From contig OX597842.1 of NCBI GenBank assembly GCA_951406725.2, positions 14,136,001 to 14,200,000 of the forward strand: 64,000 nucleotides of DNA, in the 5' to 3' direction. The stretch comes from Octopus vulgaris. Lineage: Eukaryota. The notes beneath the pieces are model-generated. The model saw only the letters and a program-made list of their open reading frames with translations, ran no database searches and was not told where the DNA came from. Positions 13,584 through 28,746 of the stretch are shown here, piece by piece; position 1 is the stretch's first letter, and every line of letters starts with the position of its first letter. A program made the translations under genes and the position numbers.

Positions 13584-13591
13584 AGATTTGT
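13584..13591 (-). pseudogene. Truncated family E exon stub with orphan donor
   Basis: Only the last ~8 nt (ACAAATCT) remain, followed by gtaag and the family-E intron flank. Confidence 0.7.
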
Positions 13592-14019
13592 ACAAGGGTT
13601 CTGCAGGAGGAGGAGGTTATAAAGGAGATGTCAAACAACGACATCAAAATGCAAAAATGTAACAGAAGGATTAGACAGAGTATGGCGAATACGTGTTTTA
13701 CAAGAGCTAGAAAAGGGATGAAATATGGAAAAAACAAAACGAAGAATATGCGAAGTAAGATCAAAAAGAAGTGAAAATGACGATGTGGATGATGAGGAGG
13801 ATGATAAGAAAGACGTAGTAGAACAAGAAGGAGAAGAAGAAGGAGAAGGAAAAAGAGAAGAGTAGAAGAAGAAGAAAAAGGAGGAGGAGGGGAGGAGAGT
13901 TGAAGAAGAAGAAGAAGGAGAAGAAGAAGGAGAATCAGAAGAAGAAGAGAAGAAGAAGAAGAAATAGATGAAAAACAACAATGACAATAACAACAATAAC
14001 AAATAAAAAGGGTAATTTT

Positions 14020-14240
14020 AAACGAATCGGATAAGTGGCCATTTACTTTGACCACCGACAGATGTCGCTCTACATTCCAAGGTTCCAGCCTCTGAAACCA
14101 GAAACGAAACACGCTGCTGCGAGAAAAGCCTCCATGTTTTTGTGCTCGACTCTGTCAAAAGCTTTCGACTGATCCAAATTGATTAGGGCCCCACCCATAT
14201 CAAGTTCATTACTCAACCCCTATATGGTGTATTGCGTGAT
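14020..14240 (-). mobile_element. Small L1/Tx1-like RT fragment
   Basis: Translates to ALINLDQSKAFDRVEH. Copies at ~48670-48880 and ~58220-58420. Confidence 0.65.
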
Positions 14241-14939
14241 ACAGAAATCCAATGACAGGTTCATGGTGTTTCCTATTACAACATGGACCTAAGCGTAAAC
14301 CAAGAATCGGTACCAAACTGGTGGATGCAATTACCTTCTAAAGAACTGTCTTGGAGAGTTCGAAAAAAAGTACATTGTACCCCACGGCAAATAATAAAAA
14401 TAATAATAATCATAATAATAATAATCCATGCTATAATGTTAAAAGCTTTTTATTAATTATATATGTGACAATTACTAAAAGTACTAAAAGAAAGCAATTA
14501 ATAAAGGATGACCGTTGGAAATATTTTTAGAAACTTATGTTATAAGAAATGAAATATAATTTCGATTTCTCAAGTTCATTCAATTTTTTTAATCAAATTT
14601 CTCGCAAATTTTAATATTCATTTCATTCATAGCGTTTAATTCTTTACAAATTTATGTATTCATTGCCGTCATTGTGGTGTATTCCATTTTCACTTGCAAA
14701 CTTTTTCACTTCCTCTTTAAAGTCTTAATTTGCTATTTGGAAAACCAACAGATTATTCTATCAATATATATCTAAAATGAAATCATTACTTATTGAAGGA
14801 TCATTTTATAAAATACCCGTATAATGTTTGAACGCTGGATATCTGTGAGAAGAGCCTAGAAAGTTGGGTAATAACATATAGAGGAGGAGGAGAAAACATA
14901 CGCTACCTACAAGTACTCGAAGCTGGCATCCTATTCAGA

Positions 14940-16790
14940 GTTTCCAAATGTTAGTTGCACGAGCGAAATAAACAGTGACATTCACATCTGTCTTCAGCCC
15001 TTTCAACCTGGTCAAACATACAACGTCTTTCAATAAATATACCATGCAAAGAAAACCACCCTGCTATTTCGGTGCGAAGAAAGGCAGCGAAACTATCCTC
15101 ACAATGGACTGAGTCGATATCTGGATTCGTCTTCCACGTGACAGCAGATATTCGACATAAACCCACAATTCAGAAAAACTAGGGTACTAAAAGAAAGTGA
15201 GAAGAAGTTTCGTCGCTCTCTGCGTATCTTGGGCATGCTGGGATGAATGTTCTTCTGTTTCTAGAGTTTACCTCGAACGAGCAGTGCCCTACGGTATCAT
15301 TTCCAGCCCAAGGATTTCTAGAAATTATGTATAGTCCTTGGCCCGAAAGTACCACGGTACATTGCTGCGATCCTAACAAATGCTTTAGGCTGATCTAAAC
15401 TGATCAACGTCCCACTCATGCCAGCTTCATTAACAACACTGTCTATGATATGTCTCATGAGGTGGATGTTGTTGTGGATGGATCTGATTGGGATTGCGCA
15501 AGTACCTTGGCCAAAATTGTGAAGTCCGCGTTCAGCAGAATTACCGGCCGAAAATTTTCTATTCGATCCCTCTTCTTAGAGTTCTTTCTTGTCGGTTCTC
15601 CAATTCCTCGGCTCATAGAACTCGGCTTTCTCCCATTCTGCTGTCAGTGGTGGTAGAAGTCTGCTAAGAAGTCGCCAAACAAATCTGGCATATAATAGTA
15701 AAGCCCAATACGCAGACTATCCAAATCAAGCGATTTGCCTGCCATGCAGCCCATTACCACATAACGGTGTGACGCATTCAGATTCCAGTAACCGGATCCC
15801 TGCTGATTGAATCCGGCACACATCCGCTTGGGCTCGAGTATCGTTCGGTCACCTGGCTCTACCAAAGACTGAATTGTGGATCTGTTTCTGCGTTGAGCCT
15901 CTGTAAGTCGTTCCCATTGAGCGGCTTTAATTCCCTTTTTTCTTAGAGGACAGCCTTCGCTCTGAGAATGTACCCTTCGTGCTGAGGGTTGAACAATTCG
16001 TCGAGGACCGAACTCGCTGGCTACATGTTGGTTGTAATGCCACTCCTAAGCCCCGCTTCTAAGTCCCTAATTTGCTTTTTCTATTTCATTTTTTGTATCG
16101 CTAGTCCCTTCCTAAACCTAACTGATTCTATTCCAATTGCCATTTTAGGGCTTAACACCATTTATCGTTATGTATTGACCCTGTTAGTACACACTTAACT
16201 AATTTAGTAATGTGGTCTCTGTCAGCTGAGCACACCAGGAGTGAGGCGTCCAGATTGCAGTAACTGGATCCCTGCCCATATCACAAATGTGTGGTATGTG
16301 TAGGTGACGATTTTGAAAATTAGTCAACTTATACTATTTCTGTCCACTGGCCTACTGGAATTGTATCTAAATACGCCCTGGATGACCCACTGCGGTTAGC
16401 CCAAGTCCATACTGGTGCGTTCTGGAAATCCAGCCGGTACTTGTCAGACAGTTGAAAACTTCTGACCTATTTTGCGAGACTTTTGCACCCACCTACTCAA
16501 TCCGCTAGCTCTAAACGGTCTAAACGTGGCTGTAAGACAGTGTTCCAGTTGCCCATAAGCTCTAAAGGACGAAACGTTCTGAGAAATAAACTTCCAGGTA
16601 GTTCGGCTGCCTTGTTCCTGTAGGAGGATAGACAGCCACCAGCGTGAAGCCACCCCTGTCACTCCTCATCACATCCTGGACGACTAACTTTCCGTCTGAG
16701 TCAAGGAAGATAGTGTTTATCTCGAGATCCAAATTCTCCGAGGCAACACAGCAGTTCCGCCTCCCATTCCCTTCTAACACGGAAATAAAT
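14940..16790 (-). mobile_element. Decayed L1/Tx1-like non-LTR retrotransposon, copy 1
   Basis: APE-like remnant (GKLVVQDV..FTLVAVYPPTG) and RT remnant (FRPVILLNADF.., LISLDQPKAF), with stops and an internal deletion. Confidence 0.75.
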
Positions 16791-17009
16791 TGAAGCAAAT
16801 AATGTTGTTGCTTTAATAATTTTTCTCTCCTCTGTTTGACACGGAAATGGTGGCAGTGTCCAACTTTACTAGTGTTTCACGTTTTCTCTTCACTTTCCTT
16901 CTTATTGTTGTTACTCTGGTTGGTCTTCCTGACGGTAGTAGTGGTAGCGGTCTTAGTGTTCTCCTCCGCCTTCATGTTTCCATCGTTGTTCATTGTGTTG
17001 ATGCTGTTC

Positions 17010-17041
<32 letters not shown>

Positions 17042-17229
17042 GTTGCTGCTGCTATTCTTCCTCTCATTCTCAACCATATTTGGTAGTGGAGGGAAAGACA
17101 TTTCTGATGGTATAAACTTCGTGAGCAGAGTAGCGTCAATAATTGACATTGAAAAGAAATGGAAAACTTAAATATGAATGGAAATTCCAAAACGTTAGGA
17201 AGAATGGAATTGAAGAACTGAAGCAGCCC

Positions 17230-17790
17230 ATAAATGCAAAATAAGCAAAGTTTTGAATAGGTTTGAATAATGGATTAAGCAATACCAGCCAAACAAATTA
17301 TTTAGAAGTGACCAAAAAAAGATTTTGACCTGAGAATAATGACGATAAAAAACGTACAAGATTAGTCCCTGATGCTGATAAAATTCGACTTTTCTGGGAT
17401 AAGGTATGGTGTAAGCATGAATAGCATAATACTACAGCTGAATGACTCTGCAGCCTGAAGTAAACAGCTTATCCTCAGCAAGAGGCCACTCACTTCATAG
17501 AAGACAGTATTAGAAATATGAGTAAAAATATATGCAATAGGAAAGCATCAAGGCCTGATGGTGTACAGGGATTTTAGTTACAATAGTTCAGTAGTTGCCG
17601 TAAATTGAACGGAGAGCAATTAAATGCATTGATTAATGGAAAAGAATAAATCCCAGGTTGGCTAAGAAGAAGAAGAAGAAGGGTGTTGTGCCTGAAGGAT
17701 GCATCAAAGGGAAATGCAGACGAATTTCCTGCCTCCCGTTAATGTGGATGTTACTGTCAGAATGAATTGCAGAAGCGCTGTATATTAATA
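17230..17790 (+). mobile_element. Old decayed RLE-clade (R4-like) RT N-terminal fragment
   Basis: Remnants PDADKIRLFWDKVW, KASRPDGVQGF, IPGWL and RRISCLPLMW, homologous to the 23.5-kb element. Ends in (TAA)n. Copies at ~31170-31735, 52650-53220 and 62200-62765. Confidence 0.65.
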
Positions 17791-17791
17791 A

Positions 17792-17888
<97 letters not shown>

Positions 17889-17927
17889 TTAATAATAATA
17901 ATAATATTAATAATAATACTGATAATG

Positions 17928-18646
<719 letters not shown>

Positions 18647-18697
18647 TTAATAATAATAATAATGATAATAATAATAATAATAATAATACTGATAATG

Positions 18698-18747
<50 letters not shown>

Positions 18748-19474
18748 TATAACGATAAGAAGAAGAAAGAAGAAGAAAAAGAAGAAGAAAAAGAAGAAGA
18801 AGAAGCAGAAGAAGAAGAAGAAGAAGAAGAAGAAGAAGAAGAAGAAGAAGCAGAAGAAGAAGAAGAAGAAGAAGAAGAAGCAGAAGAAGAAGAAGAAGAA
18901 GAAGAAGAAGAAGCAGAAGAAGAAGAAGAAGAAGAAGAAGAAGAAGAAGAAGAAGAAGAAGAAGAAGAAGAGATTGTGGCCGGAAGAAAATTTAGAAGAA
19001 ATATTGAAGGAATCATGAAGATTGTGGTCAGGATAACGATGAACTAAATGAAGATAGAATTAATGATAATGATTTGGGCGACGATTTAAAATTGAAGGGA
19101 ACAGAAGAAGGAGACGAAGAAGTACAAGGAAGAAGAGCAACAATTAAAGAACATGTTTAAAAACGATCGTCTAAAATATGCAGCTCTAAATACACATTTA
19201 GAACGGTGAATCAAGAAAGTTATTTAGCTTCCATCTAAAGGTAACTGCCGTACATATTATACACATATATTAATACACTTGCATATATTTGTGGATAGAC
19301 CAAGACACGTGCATGCTGTAGATGATTCCCCTCAATTATCAACCTGCCATATATCCCCCTTCAAAAAATGTCCTCAAACTCACATTCACATCCATTTAAG
19401 TATAAGAGATGAATATTGGCAATGTCCTGTACTTGAATACACCCACACACACACACACACACACACACGCACAT

Positions 19475-19516
<42 letters not shown>

Positions 19517-19525
19517 TCTACTTAC

Positions 19526-19597
19526 AGAGTTCTTAAAGAGGACAGATTACGGAAGACATCTGCTTTGATTTCCTTCATATCATTAGAACTCAAGTCT
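19526..19597 (-). CDS. LRR exon family F: DLSSNDMKEIKADVFRNLSSLRT(L)
   Basis: 72 bp, intact AG/GT, phase 2-2. Confidence 0.9.
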
Positions 19598-20819
19598 CTG
19601 AAACATAAAATTGAGTTAATAAGCAATTGTATAGAACATATTTGTGACAGAATATCTCTGGTCAATTAAATGATGAAAACTTAAGATTGAAGATCGCGAT
19701 GATGATTAATTCCATTAATTTCATGTCACCGTTGCGATGATGATGTTGATGACGAAGATGAGGACGATACTGATGCTGAGGTGGATGAGGTGTATTGGAA
19801 GTATAATGAAGGAGTTTAGCATGTCTAAGGTGATTCTGAATATGATAGTCATGATGATGGTAATCGAAGATGCTGATCATGATGAGGACAATGATGAACT
19901 TGACGATGTTTATGATCGATAAATGTAACAAGGAACATGAGACGGATTCAATCATGAGGTAATGGACGAGAACGTCAACAATTTCCTCGGAGGTTATGGT
20001 TGAGAATTGCATTGTATGTGTTTTAGACGGATACAAATTGATAAGTAAGAGAAGATATATGAAGAAGTCAGGAGAAAAAGTTAGTGAAAGTAAAGAAAAA
20101 GATGACAAGATGACGACAAAAAAGTAGGGGAAGAAGAAGGAGTAGGACAAAATGAAGGAGGAGGAGAAGAAGAAGAAGAAGAAGAAGAAGAAGAAGAAGA
20201 AGAAGAAGAAGAAGAAGAAGAAGAAGAAGAAGAAGAAGAAGAAGAAGAAGAAGACTTGTGGAAAACGAACAAAAGAAAATACATAACAAAATCGATGTAC
20301 AAGTAGAAAAGGAAGAGATGAGCGGAGAAAAAGTAGTTCTTGAGGATGATGATGATGATGAAGTACGTAATGTCCCTTGGTTACAATGATGAGGTTTGAA
20401 ATGGGGAAAGTTGAAGTTAACATAATTGTTGCCGAAATTTTCGAAGAAAAATATTTAGCACAAGAAGAAGTAAAGGGTGAATGAAAGAAGATAAAAGCAA
20501 AAATAAGGTGTGTATGTATGATGAAGGCAACGAGGAAGGAGAAGTATTGCAAGTAGTAGTAGTAGTAGTAAAAGAAGAAGAGCCGGATTGGAAAAAAGTT
20601 CAAGCTAGGTACTTTGGAACATTTAATGCCAACACATATTCAGATTCACGGACTCACAGATACACACATTTACATACACAAACAATCAGACCTTTCCATC
20701 TAAGTAGAGTGAGAATATTGGGATGGAGGACGACGTTGAGCGAAAAAGAAAGGAAAGATGTTGAATATTTCGTAGTAAATCATTAATGAAATATTATCAG
20801 CAAGAGTCATTCTACTTAA

Positions 20820-20891
20820 AGATATGTTAATATGGGCAGGTCATGGAAGGCTCTTACTTCAATCTCACTGATTTCATTATTTTGCAAATAT
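20820..20891 (-). pseudogene. LRR pseudo-exon family E: YLQNNEISEIEVRAFHDLPILTY; donor GT>TT
   Basis: Open frame. Donor is TTAAG; acceptor altered to TTAG by a 2-bp deletion. Confidence 0.8.
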
Positions 20892-22016
20892 CTAACATGA
20901 AGAATTGAAAGTATAAAACAAGTGTATAAAAATAATGTGAACATTTGGAGAGAATGAATAAAGAGGAAACGAGTGGGAGAAAGTTTTCCAGGGAGAAGGA
21001 GAATAAAAAGAAGAGAAGGAAGAGATAGAAGGAAAGAGGTGTCTGGATGGGAAGGAGTTCAGAGGAAGACAAACAGCATCAAAATGCAAAACAGAAGCAA
21101 AAGGAGTAGAGAGAGGAAGTCGAATACCTATAATACAAACGCTAGAAATGGGATGAAATAAGGAAAGAACAGAATGAAGAATATGCAACAAATCTATGTT
21201 CAAATTATGAAGTGCTTCCAATACTTCATTTTAAGACCTCTCACCCCTCTTCCCAAAGATGTGTTATCATGTATATCAATCTGTGACTGTGGGGCCATTT
21301 CCTTGATATGGTACATAGAACAGAGCGATACTTGCGGGGAAGAATTTTGTGAATAGGATAACATTTACATCGTACTACAGAGGGCACAAGGAGATGCTTA
21401 AGCAAGATAACAAATCATGCTCAGACGAACAAGTGAGATTTTTATTGTGAAAATTATCTCCGTTAAAGCATGAACATTAACGTAATTTCATATTACCCAA
21501 AAAGGCCCATGATATTTGTTCTAAAGAAACAATAGATTTACGCTCGAACATATTAAAGCTCCCCTATTTAACACTTGTATGGAATGTTGGAATATAACGA
21601 AAAAAAACGAATGAAGATTTTTTGACATACGGAGGATCAGTCAACATGACGTGTGAAAGTTTTAAAATTGCACCTGAGAGGTAAAGCAGTGGAGAAGGAT
21701 ATAGGATTGTTGTCTTGATGACGAAGAAATTTCGATGAGGAGTAGCAGGAGGGGAAGGGGGGAGAGTGGAAAAGAAGAAGGAGGTGAAAAAGAAGACGAA
21801 GAAGGGGTAAAAGAAGGAAAAGAAGGAAAAGGTGGAAGGAAAAGAAGACAAAGAAAGGAAAATAGAAAAAGAAGTAGAATAAAAGAAGGGAATACAAAGG
21901 AGAAAAAGAAAAGAAGGAAGAGAAGAAAGGCAGAACACAAAGGGGAAGAGATGGAAGAAGAAGAAGAAGAAGAGGTAACAAAACAAGTAGAAGAAGAAGA
22001 AGATTAAGAAGAAGAT

Positions 22017-22047
<31 letters not shown>

Positions 22048-22583
22048 GAGAAGAAGAAGAAGAAGAAGAAGAAGAAGAAGAAGAAAGAGAAGATGAAGTA
22101 GAGGAGGAAGAATGATGGTAATTAGTGGCTATGGCGACGGAAGCACCGTACATGTTATACACGCCGAAATATACATACATTTTGATACACTCCCTTCCAC
22201 ACATCCATACACATTCACACAGTCATATATGTATGCAAAAATAAGTTTCCACTAACATTTTCCCATCAATTGCTATTCACTCATAAATCCGAAAACACAT
22301 AAATATGCCCTCACTCATATTTACAAACGTTGGCACACAATACCTCGCCCTTTAGACAGACAATGGTTGTAGACATACACGGAGACGTACACATTCATTC
22401 ACTAAATTGTTCCCCGCAAGTATCACTCAGTCAGATGTACCATATCAGTCACAGATTTATATACATGATAACACATCTTTGGAAAGAGGGGTGAGGTTGC
22501 TTAAAATGAAGTATTGGAAGACATTACATTTATAGAAATATATCGTCAATGTCATAATAAAAATAAACACTGATTCAACTTAC

Positions 22584-22655
22584 AGATTTGTTAAACTGGA
22601 CAGATTTCGGAAGGTGTCTGGTTTTATTTCTTTGATATCATTATAACTCAAAAAT
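22584..22655 (-). CDS. LRR exon family A: FLSYNDIKEIKPDTFRNLSSLTN(L)
   Basis: 72 bp, intact AG/GT, phase 2-2. Confidence 0.9.
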
Positions 22656-23044
22656 CTGGAACATAAAATTCACGTAAGAAGGAATTGTATAGAACATTTT
22701 GGCTGAAAAATAAGATATCGGAAGTTATGTAAACTAGAACACGATGATAATTAGTTTCATGATGATGATGGTGATGATAATTTTGATAATGCTGCTGTTG
22801 ATGATGATGATGAGGATAATGATGAAGTGGAAGTGGAGGAGGATAAAGGTGGCGGTAGAACTTGTGGAACATGTGATGGTCCTAGTAATGAATAAGATGA
22901 TGAAGCAGAAGAGATGAATATTTGGTTGTAGGTTTGATGACGATGTTATAATGATAATGATAATAATAATAATAATTATAATATTGATAATAATAATAAT
23001 AATAATAATAATAGTAATAATAATAATAATAGTAATAATTATAG

Positions 23045-26000
23045 TAAAAAAAAGAAAAAAAAAAAAAATCTTCGACGAAAACATCAGATAATATGTGTGA
23101 GTGAATATACATATATATACATATACATATGCATGTGGTGAAGAAGAAAAGAGAACGGGAAAAAAAAATATTAAATAAACGTAAACAGGTTTGACCTTTT
23201 ACTGACCATTAACGTCCTTTGTCTCCACCATCTACCGTGGCTATTTATAGACCCAAAGAACATGAATTCTTTAACCACCCATTCTCCAACACAATGGAGT
23301 GTTGATGGTGGCTGTGGCTACACATTGAAGATGATGATGATGATGGTGATGTTGCTGATGATGGTGATGGTGGTGAAGATGATAGTAATAACAATAATAA
23401 CTGACAGATCCCGTCTTTTTCCCTTTCTTTTCGTTTCCTTCTCCGTATTTTATTCTCATTATTTCGAACTAATACAGACACAGTAAGCCTTGAAGAAAGG
23501 AAGAGGAGGAAAGGAGGAAAAAAAAATGTCCGGAGATAAAACTATCAACAAAAAAAATACAGACGAATATAGATCTGCTAGTCTTAAGAAGCGGCGCTAT
23601 GAGCAATGCTTACATGTAGTGAACCCTAAACTGACAGATCCATCTCCTAATATAAGAATGGATGCTCGTCATGCTTCAAGGTCAACAAATCAAACAATAA
23701 ACCGCATTGGTCATTGCGCGGATTACAAAAGACCACGTACCCGAAAATTGAACCAAATCCTGATTGAAAAATCAGTTACTGGATCAAATCTTCCCAACAC
23801 ACAGGAGCTGGACGAACCCCACAACCGGAATATTCCAACAGATGGCCATCCATGCTCATCACCAAATAATCAAAAGAAAAAGAAGGAAAAATGGTCTAGG
23901 GAAGATAATAAAGAAGTTCTCGAGGCCTTCTACCATGCCATATATTTCCCCACAGATAAGTCTAGCACTGTACAAGCATACTTAAACTGGAGACAGAAAC
24001 ACCCTGAAGTAAGACCCTACATAGACAGTAACAAGCTTGCCAATGTTAGAAGAAACATTATAAAAAAGAAATTACTGACTGAAGTAGAGATTGATCAGGT
24101 TAGACAAGCAATATCGGATAAAATGAACGAAGCTGCAGCTAGAGAAGATAATACAGAGGAAATGATTATAGACCAGCCCAGGGCGGATAAAAACGAAGAG
24201 AGGATTGAAAGAGTTAGTATAAGTGATAGGCAAAGTGAAATACGCCCTGAACCAATCATAAACACTAAGACAGATGAGCATCAAATAGATAAAGAAAGTC
24301 ACACAAATATTGACCCAACAGAACTACATGAGCTAAAAAATCAAATCATGATTGAATGGCTGAAAATTAAAGAAACCAGCATGGATGAGCGTGATACACT
24401 TCCTAAAATCCGCAACTCTAACCAAAACATGAAAATAATTGGTAAAATCCGGCTTGCACTTAAGGATATAATTTCAGTTAATGATGTTGATATCACAAAC
24501 CTCAACCACCTATACTATGCATCCGCGAAAATCTCAACGATCCTATGTGGTGTAAAGATTAGAAAACGGCAACAGTCCCACAAAAAGCCTTCTTGGCAAG
24601 AGCGTCTGCAACAACAAATTAAAGTATTTAGATCTGACATTGAATATTTGAAAAACCTTAAGGCTCACAAGACTACCAAACCTACAAAAACCCAAAAATT
24701 ACTGAAAAAATACAATATGAAAACTATACTTGATATTGATGCCACCATAGAAACCATCAAACAAAAGGTATCTGCCAAAGCTACCCGCATAGCGAGGTAT
24801 GAAAAGCGTGTTAGATTTTTCAAGGACAACAACATGTTCAAAAATAACACCAAGAATTTTTACAGGAAGATAGGAAAAACAGCGTTTACTGCAGGGTCTG
24901 TACCATCAAAAGAAGAAGTGCAGAGATTTTGGAATAAAATCTGGGCAGAAGAAAAAACACACAACGAAAAGGCCCCCTGGATTGACAGAATATCTACAGA
25001 ACTGGACCCCTTAGAAGAGCAAAAGTGGGAGGGTGTCAAGGTAGAAGATATAAGATCTGCTCTCAGGAGGTCAAGCAAATGGAAGTCTCCAGGAAAGGAT
25101 AAAATTCCTAACTTCTGGCTGAATGCCTTCCCAGAGAGCCATGAACTGCTAACAGAACTGTACAATGATGTTCTGCAACACCCTAGTAGGATGCCTCCTT
25201 GGCTAGTTAATGGGTTAACATTCCTGCTTCCAAAAAGTGAAGAAACAAATGAACCAAAAACCTATAGACCCATAACCTGCTTAACAACTATGTACAAAAC
25301 TCTAACATCTGTCCTGACGGAATATACCTATAGTTTTTTAACAGACAGCAGCATATTCCCTAATGAACAGAAAGGATGTAAACGTGGATCCTACGGCTGT
25401 AAAGACCAACTACTCATCAATAAGATGATCTTAGAAGATTGTCACAAACGACACAAAAACTTATCAATAGCCTGGATAGACTATAAAAAGGCTTTTGATA
25501 GCCTACCACATAGCTGGATTAGGAAATGCCTTGAAATGTATAAGATAGCACCAACTCTGCGAAACTTCTTGACTGTAAGTATGAGATCATGGAGAACCAC
25601 ACTAACTCTGAACAGTGACAGTGAATCCCTAAATGCTGGTGATGTAAAAATTTCGTGTGGCATTTTCCAGGGTGACTCACTGTCACCACTCCTCTTTTGT
25701 TTATCCTTAATACCTCTCTCAAAGCTGCTCAATGACGCGCAGTACGGGTATAAAATGTTTGATAAAAATATAAATCATCTCGTTTACATGGATGATTTAA
25801 AGCTTTTTGCAAAAAATGATCAACAACACAAGGGCTTACTAGCGATAGTCAAACAATTCAGTGACGACATCAGAATGCAATTCGGCCTCGATAAATGTGC
25901 AAAGGCTACCTTTATCAAAGGAAAAATGACAGAAACATCTAACGTTAACCTTGACCAACAGAATGTCATAAAAGAACTAGACCCAGCGGAGAGCTACAAG

Positions 26001-27560
26001 TACCTAGGGGTAATTGAAGGGAACGGAATAAGGCATTCAGAGATGAAGGAAAGGATCAGGAGAGAATGCTATCGAAGAGTGAGAGCAATACTCAAGACAG
26101 AGCTGAATGCAAGAAAGAGGATCGAAGCAATCAATGCATTAGCTATACCAGTCGTGACTTACAGTTTCAATATTGTTAACTGGTCAATTACTGAAATATG
26201 TCAGCTCGACAGAAAAATAAGGAAACTGTTGACAATGCATAGAATGCACCACCCTAAGGCAGATACAGAACGACTCTATCTGCCAAGAAAGGAGGGAGGT
26301 CGTGGTCTTTTGCAACTGGCAATAACAATGAAGATTGCTACAATTGGCCTAGACACCTACCTGAAAAACTCTGAGGACTGGATGTTAAAACTTGTCTCAA
26401 AATATGAAAACAAGAAAGCATCATACTCAGTCACAAAACAGGCAAAGGAATATCTAAGTGAATTCCGAATACAACCAATTTCGGAATTAGAGATAGACAT
26501 ACAAGAAACAAGCACAGAAAAAGCTAGGCGCATGAAAACCCGTGCCAAAACTGCGGCCTTAGATATTCTGAATAATAAATGGCAATAAAAACCTCTCTAC
26601 GGCAAATACCCAAAGAGAGCGAATAATGCAGATATCGACAAAGCCCTGACCCATCAATGGCTAATGGCCTCTGGCTTAAAATCTGAAACAGAGGGGTTTA
26701 TCATAGCAGCTCAAGATCAATGCCTACCAACAAGAAACTACCAGGCCAACATATTAAAGATCAGAAGCAGTCCAACGTGTCGTGTATGCAAGCAACAAAA
26801 TGAAACCATTGACCATGTGGTCTCCAAGTGCAGTCTTCTAGCGCCTACAGAGTATCTCAACAGGCACGATAGAGCTGCACAATATATTCACTGGGTAATC
26901 TGTAAAAACCTGGATTTGCCCCATGAAAAAAACTGGTGGGAACACAAACCACCCCCAGTGCTTGAAAATGACCACATCTCACTCCTCTGGAACTTCACCA
27001 TTCAAACTGACAGGAAGATAGATGCAAATAGGCGAGACATCATATTGAAAGACTTCAAACAAAGAACATGCCTCCTCATTGATATGACTGTCCCAATCGA
27101 TATAAACGTATCTGTCAGGACCTACCAAAAACAGAGCAAATATAAAGATCTTGAAATAGAAATCAGCAAAATGTGGAAGCTGAAGACTAAAACAATACCT
27201 GTTGTCATAGGTGCCCTGGGAATGATAGAAAAAGGGGCTGATAGCTACCTAACTCAGATACCAGGAAACCCAAAAATGGCAGAAGTTCAAAAGATAGTGC
27301 TCATGGGAACTGCTCATATCCTACGCAAAATACTCTCTATGTAACCTCAAGGTTTAAAACAACCATAATTTTCGGTTTAAAAAAAAAAAAAAAAAAACTT
27401 TTTTTCTTTTAGACATTCATTAGTACAACATCCCCACCCCCCAAATATATGGCACACTAGGCATAACAACAACATGAACTTCCAACCCTGTTGTCTCTTG
27501 AGGTCTCTGGGTGAGACTTGGAGCCAACTTGTACAAATATAAAGCAAAAGTCAAACATAG
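23045..27560 (+). mobile_element. R4/Dong-like non-LTR retrotransposon (RT plus restriction-like endonuclease), copy 1
   Basis: Single reading frame 23490-27344 broken by TAA at 26586-26588. Flanked by (TAA)n. 5' boundary approximate. Confidence 0.88.
23490..27344 (+). pseudogene. R4/Dong-like ORF, disrupted by a premature stop
   Basis: RT motifs KSPGKDKI, YRPITCL, IDYKKAFDS, GIFQGDSLSP, YMDDLKL, YKYLG. C-terminal CRVC..ETIDHVVSKC zinc knuckle, RHD, and RLE motif (RRD in place of RPD, LIDMTVP, KYKDL). Confidence 0.88.
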
Positions 27561-27746
27561 AATAATAATAATAATAACAATAATAATAATAATAATATTT
27601 ACAGACTCAAAAATCTGCCATTTCTATCGAAAAAGAGTGATAATATTGAGGAAGGCATGGTCGGGACGTGATATAAAATGGGAATATTTTAAATGTTTAG
27701 TAATATATTGTCAGTAAAATATTATCAAAATGAATTCGCAACTTAC

Positions 27747-27818
27747 AGATATGTTAACCTGGTCAGATCATCGAATGTCCCTGATTCAATTTTGTCGATA
27801 TTATTTCCATTCAAATAT
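27747..27818 (-). CDS. LRR exon family B: YLNGNNIDKIESGTFDDLTRLTY(L)
   Basis: 72 bp, intact AG/GT, phase 2-2. Confidence 0.9.
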
Positions 27819-28746
27819 CTGTAAAATAAAAGTTTGGCTGATAAGGTAACGCATGGATGAGTATTAATGTAAAATATTATTATCCACGAAATGTCTGTAA
27901 AATAAAATTTTAAATGTTTAGAAAATGTATAGATGTGTTTTACGATTGAATGTAAAATATTATTGTTAAACAATTACTATTTTGTGGAGCAGGAAACTAG
28001 AATGAGAATGGAGATGATGTTAATCTTAAGAATGACAGGAGGAAGAAGCGGAGGAGAAGAGTGGTGGTGGAGATGTTCATGGTGGTATGGGTAAATCTAA
28101 GGAAAAGGTAGTGTAAAGGAGGATGGTGAGAGTGTTGATAAAGATAATATTGTCTCTTATGAAGGATGTAAAATCCGTGACAATGATATTGATGACGGTA
28201 ATTATGATGGTGGTGATGATTACGATGATTAGGAAGATTTGGAATACGACTGTGAAGCTGGTGTTGTTTCTAAAGTGGATGGCAAGGAATATGTTGATGA
28301 CGATAAATTTCAGGGCTTTTAAGTTACTGAAGGTGATTATGATGATGGTAATGTTTATGATGATGATGATGAGACGATGCGATTGTCGATGAAATAGAAA
28401 AGAAAAGAAGGAAATTGCAAAACCGTATTGCGAAATAAATTTGAAATGTTGAACTGAAAGATGATTGTAGTTTGTAAGAGAATGATGAAGGAGGAGGAGG
28501 ATAAAAAGAAAAGGAAAAGGAATCAAAATGAGTAGAACAAGACGAATAAGATTACAATAATGAATCAGGAGGAAAAGTCTTGGAGAATTGAAAGACGTGA
28601 AAGTAAAATGAAATAAGGAAAAGCTTGAAATTAAAAGGCGATTAATAAATAGAAAAAATATAATATTAATGATGGTGATGATAATAATAATAATAATAAT
28701 GATAATAATAGTAATGATAATAATAATAATAAAAATGAGAAGAAGA

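Noticed and set aside
16877-17149. Asn/Thr-rich ORF as ORF1 of the L1/Tx1-like element
   Set aside because: Low-complexity with no recognisable motif; position upstream of the APE remnant is only suggestive.
23490-27344. Active retrotransposon, or a domesticated recombinase acting on the LRR array
   Set aside because: Premature stop and an altered endonuclease PD motif in both copies. Its position is explained by TAA targeting plus duplication.
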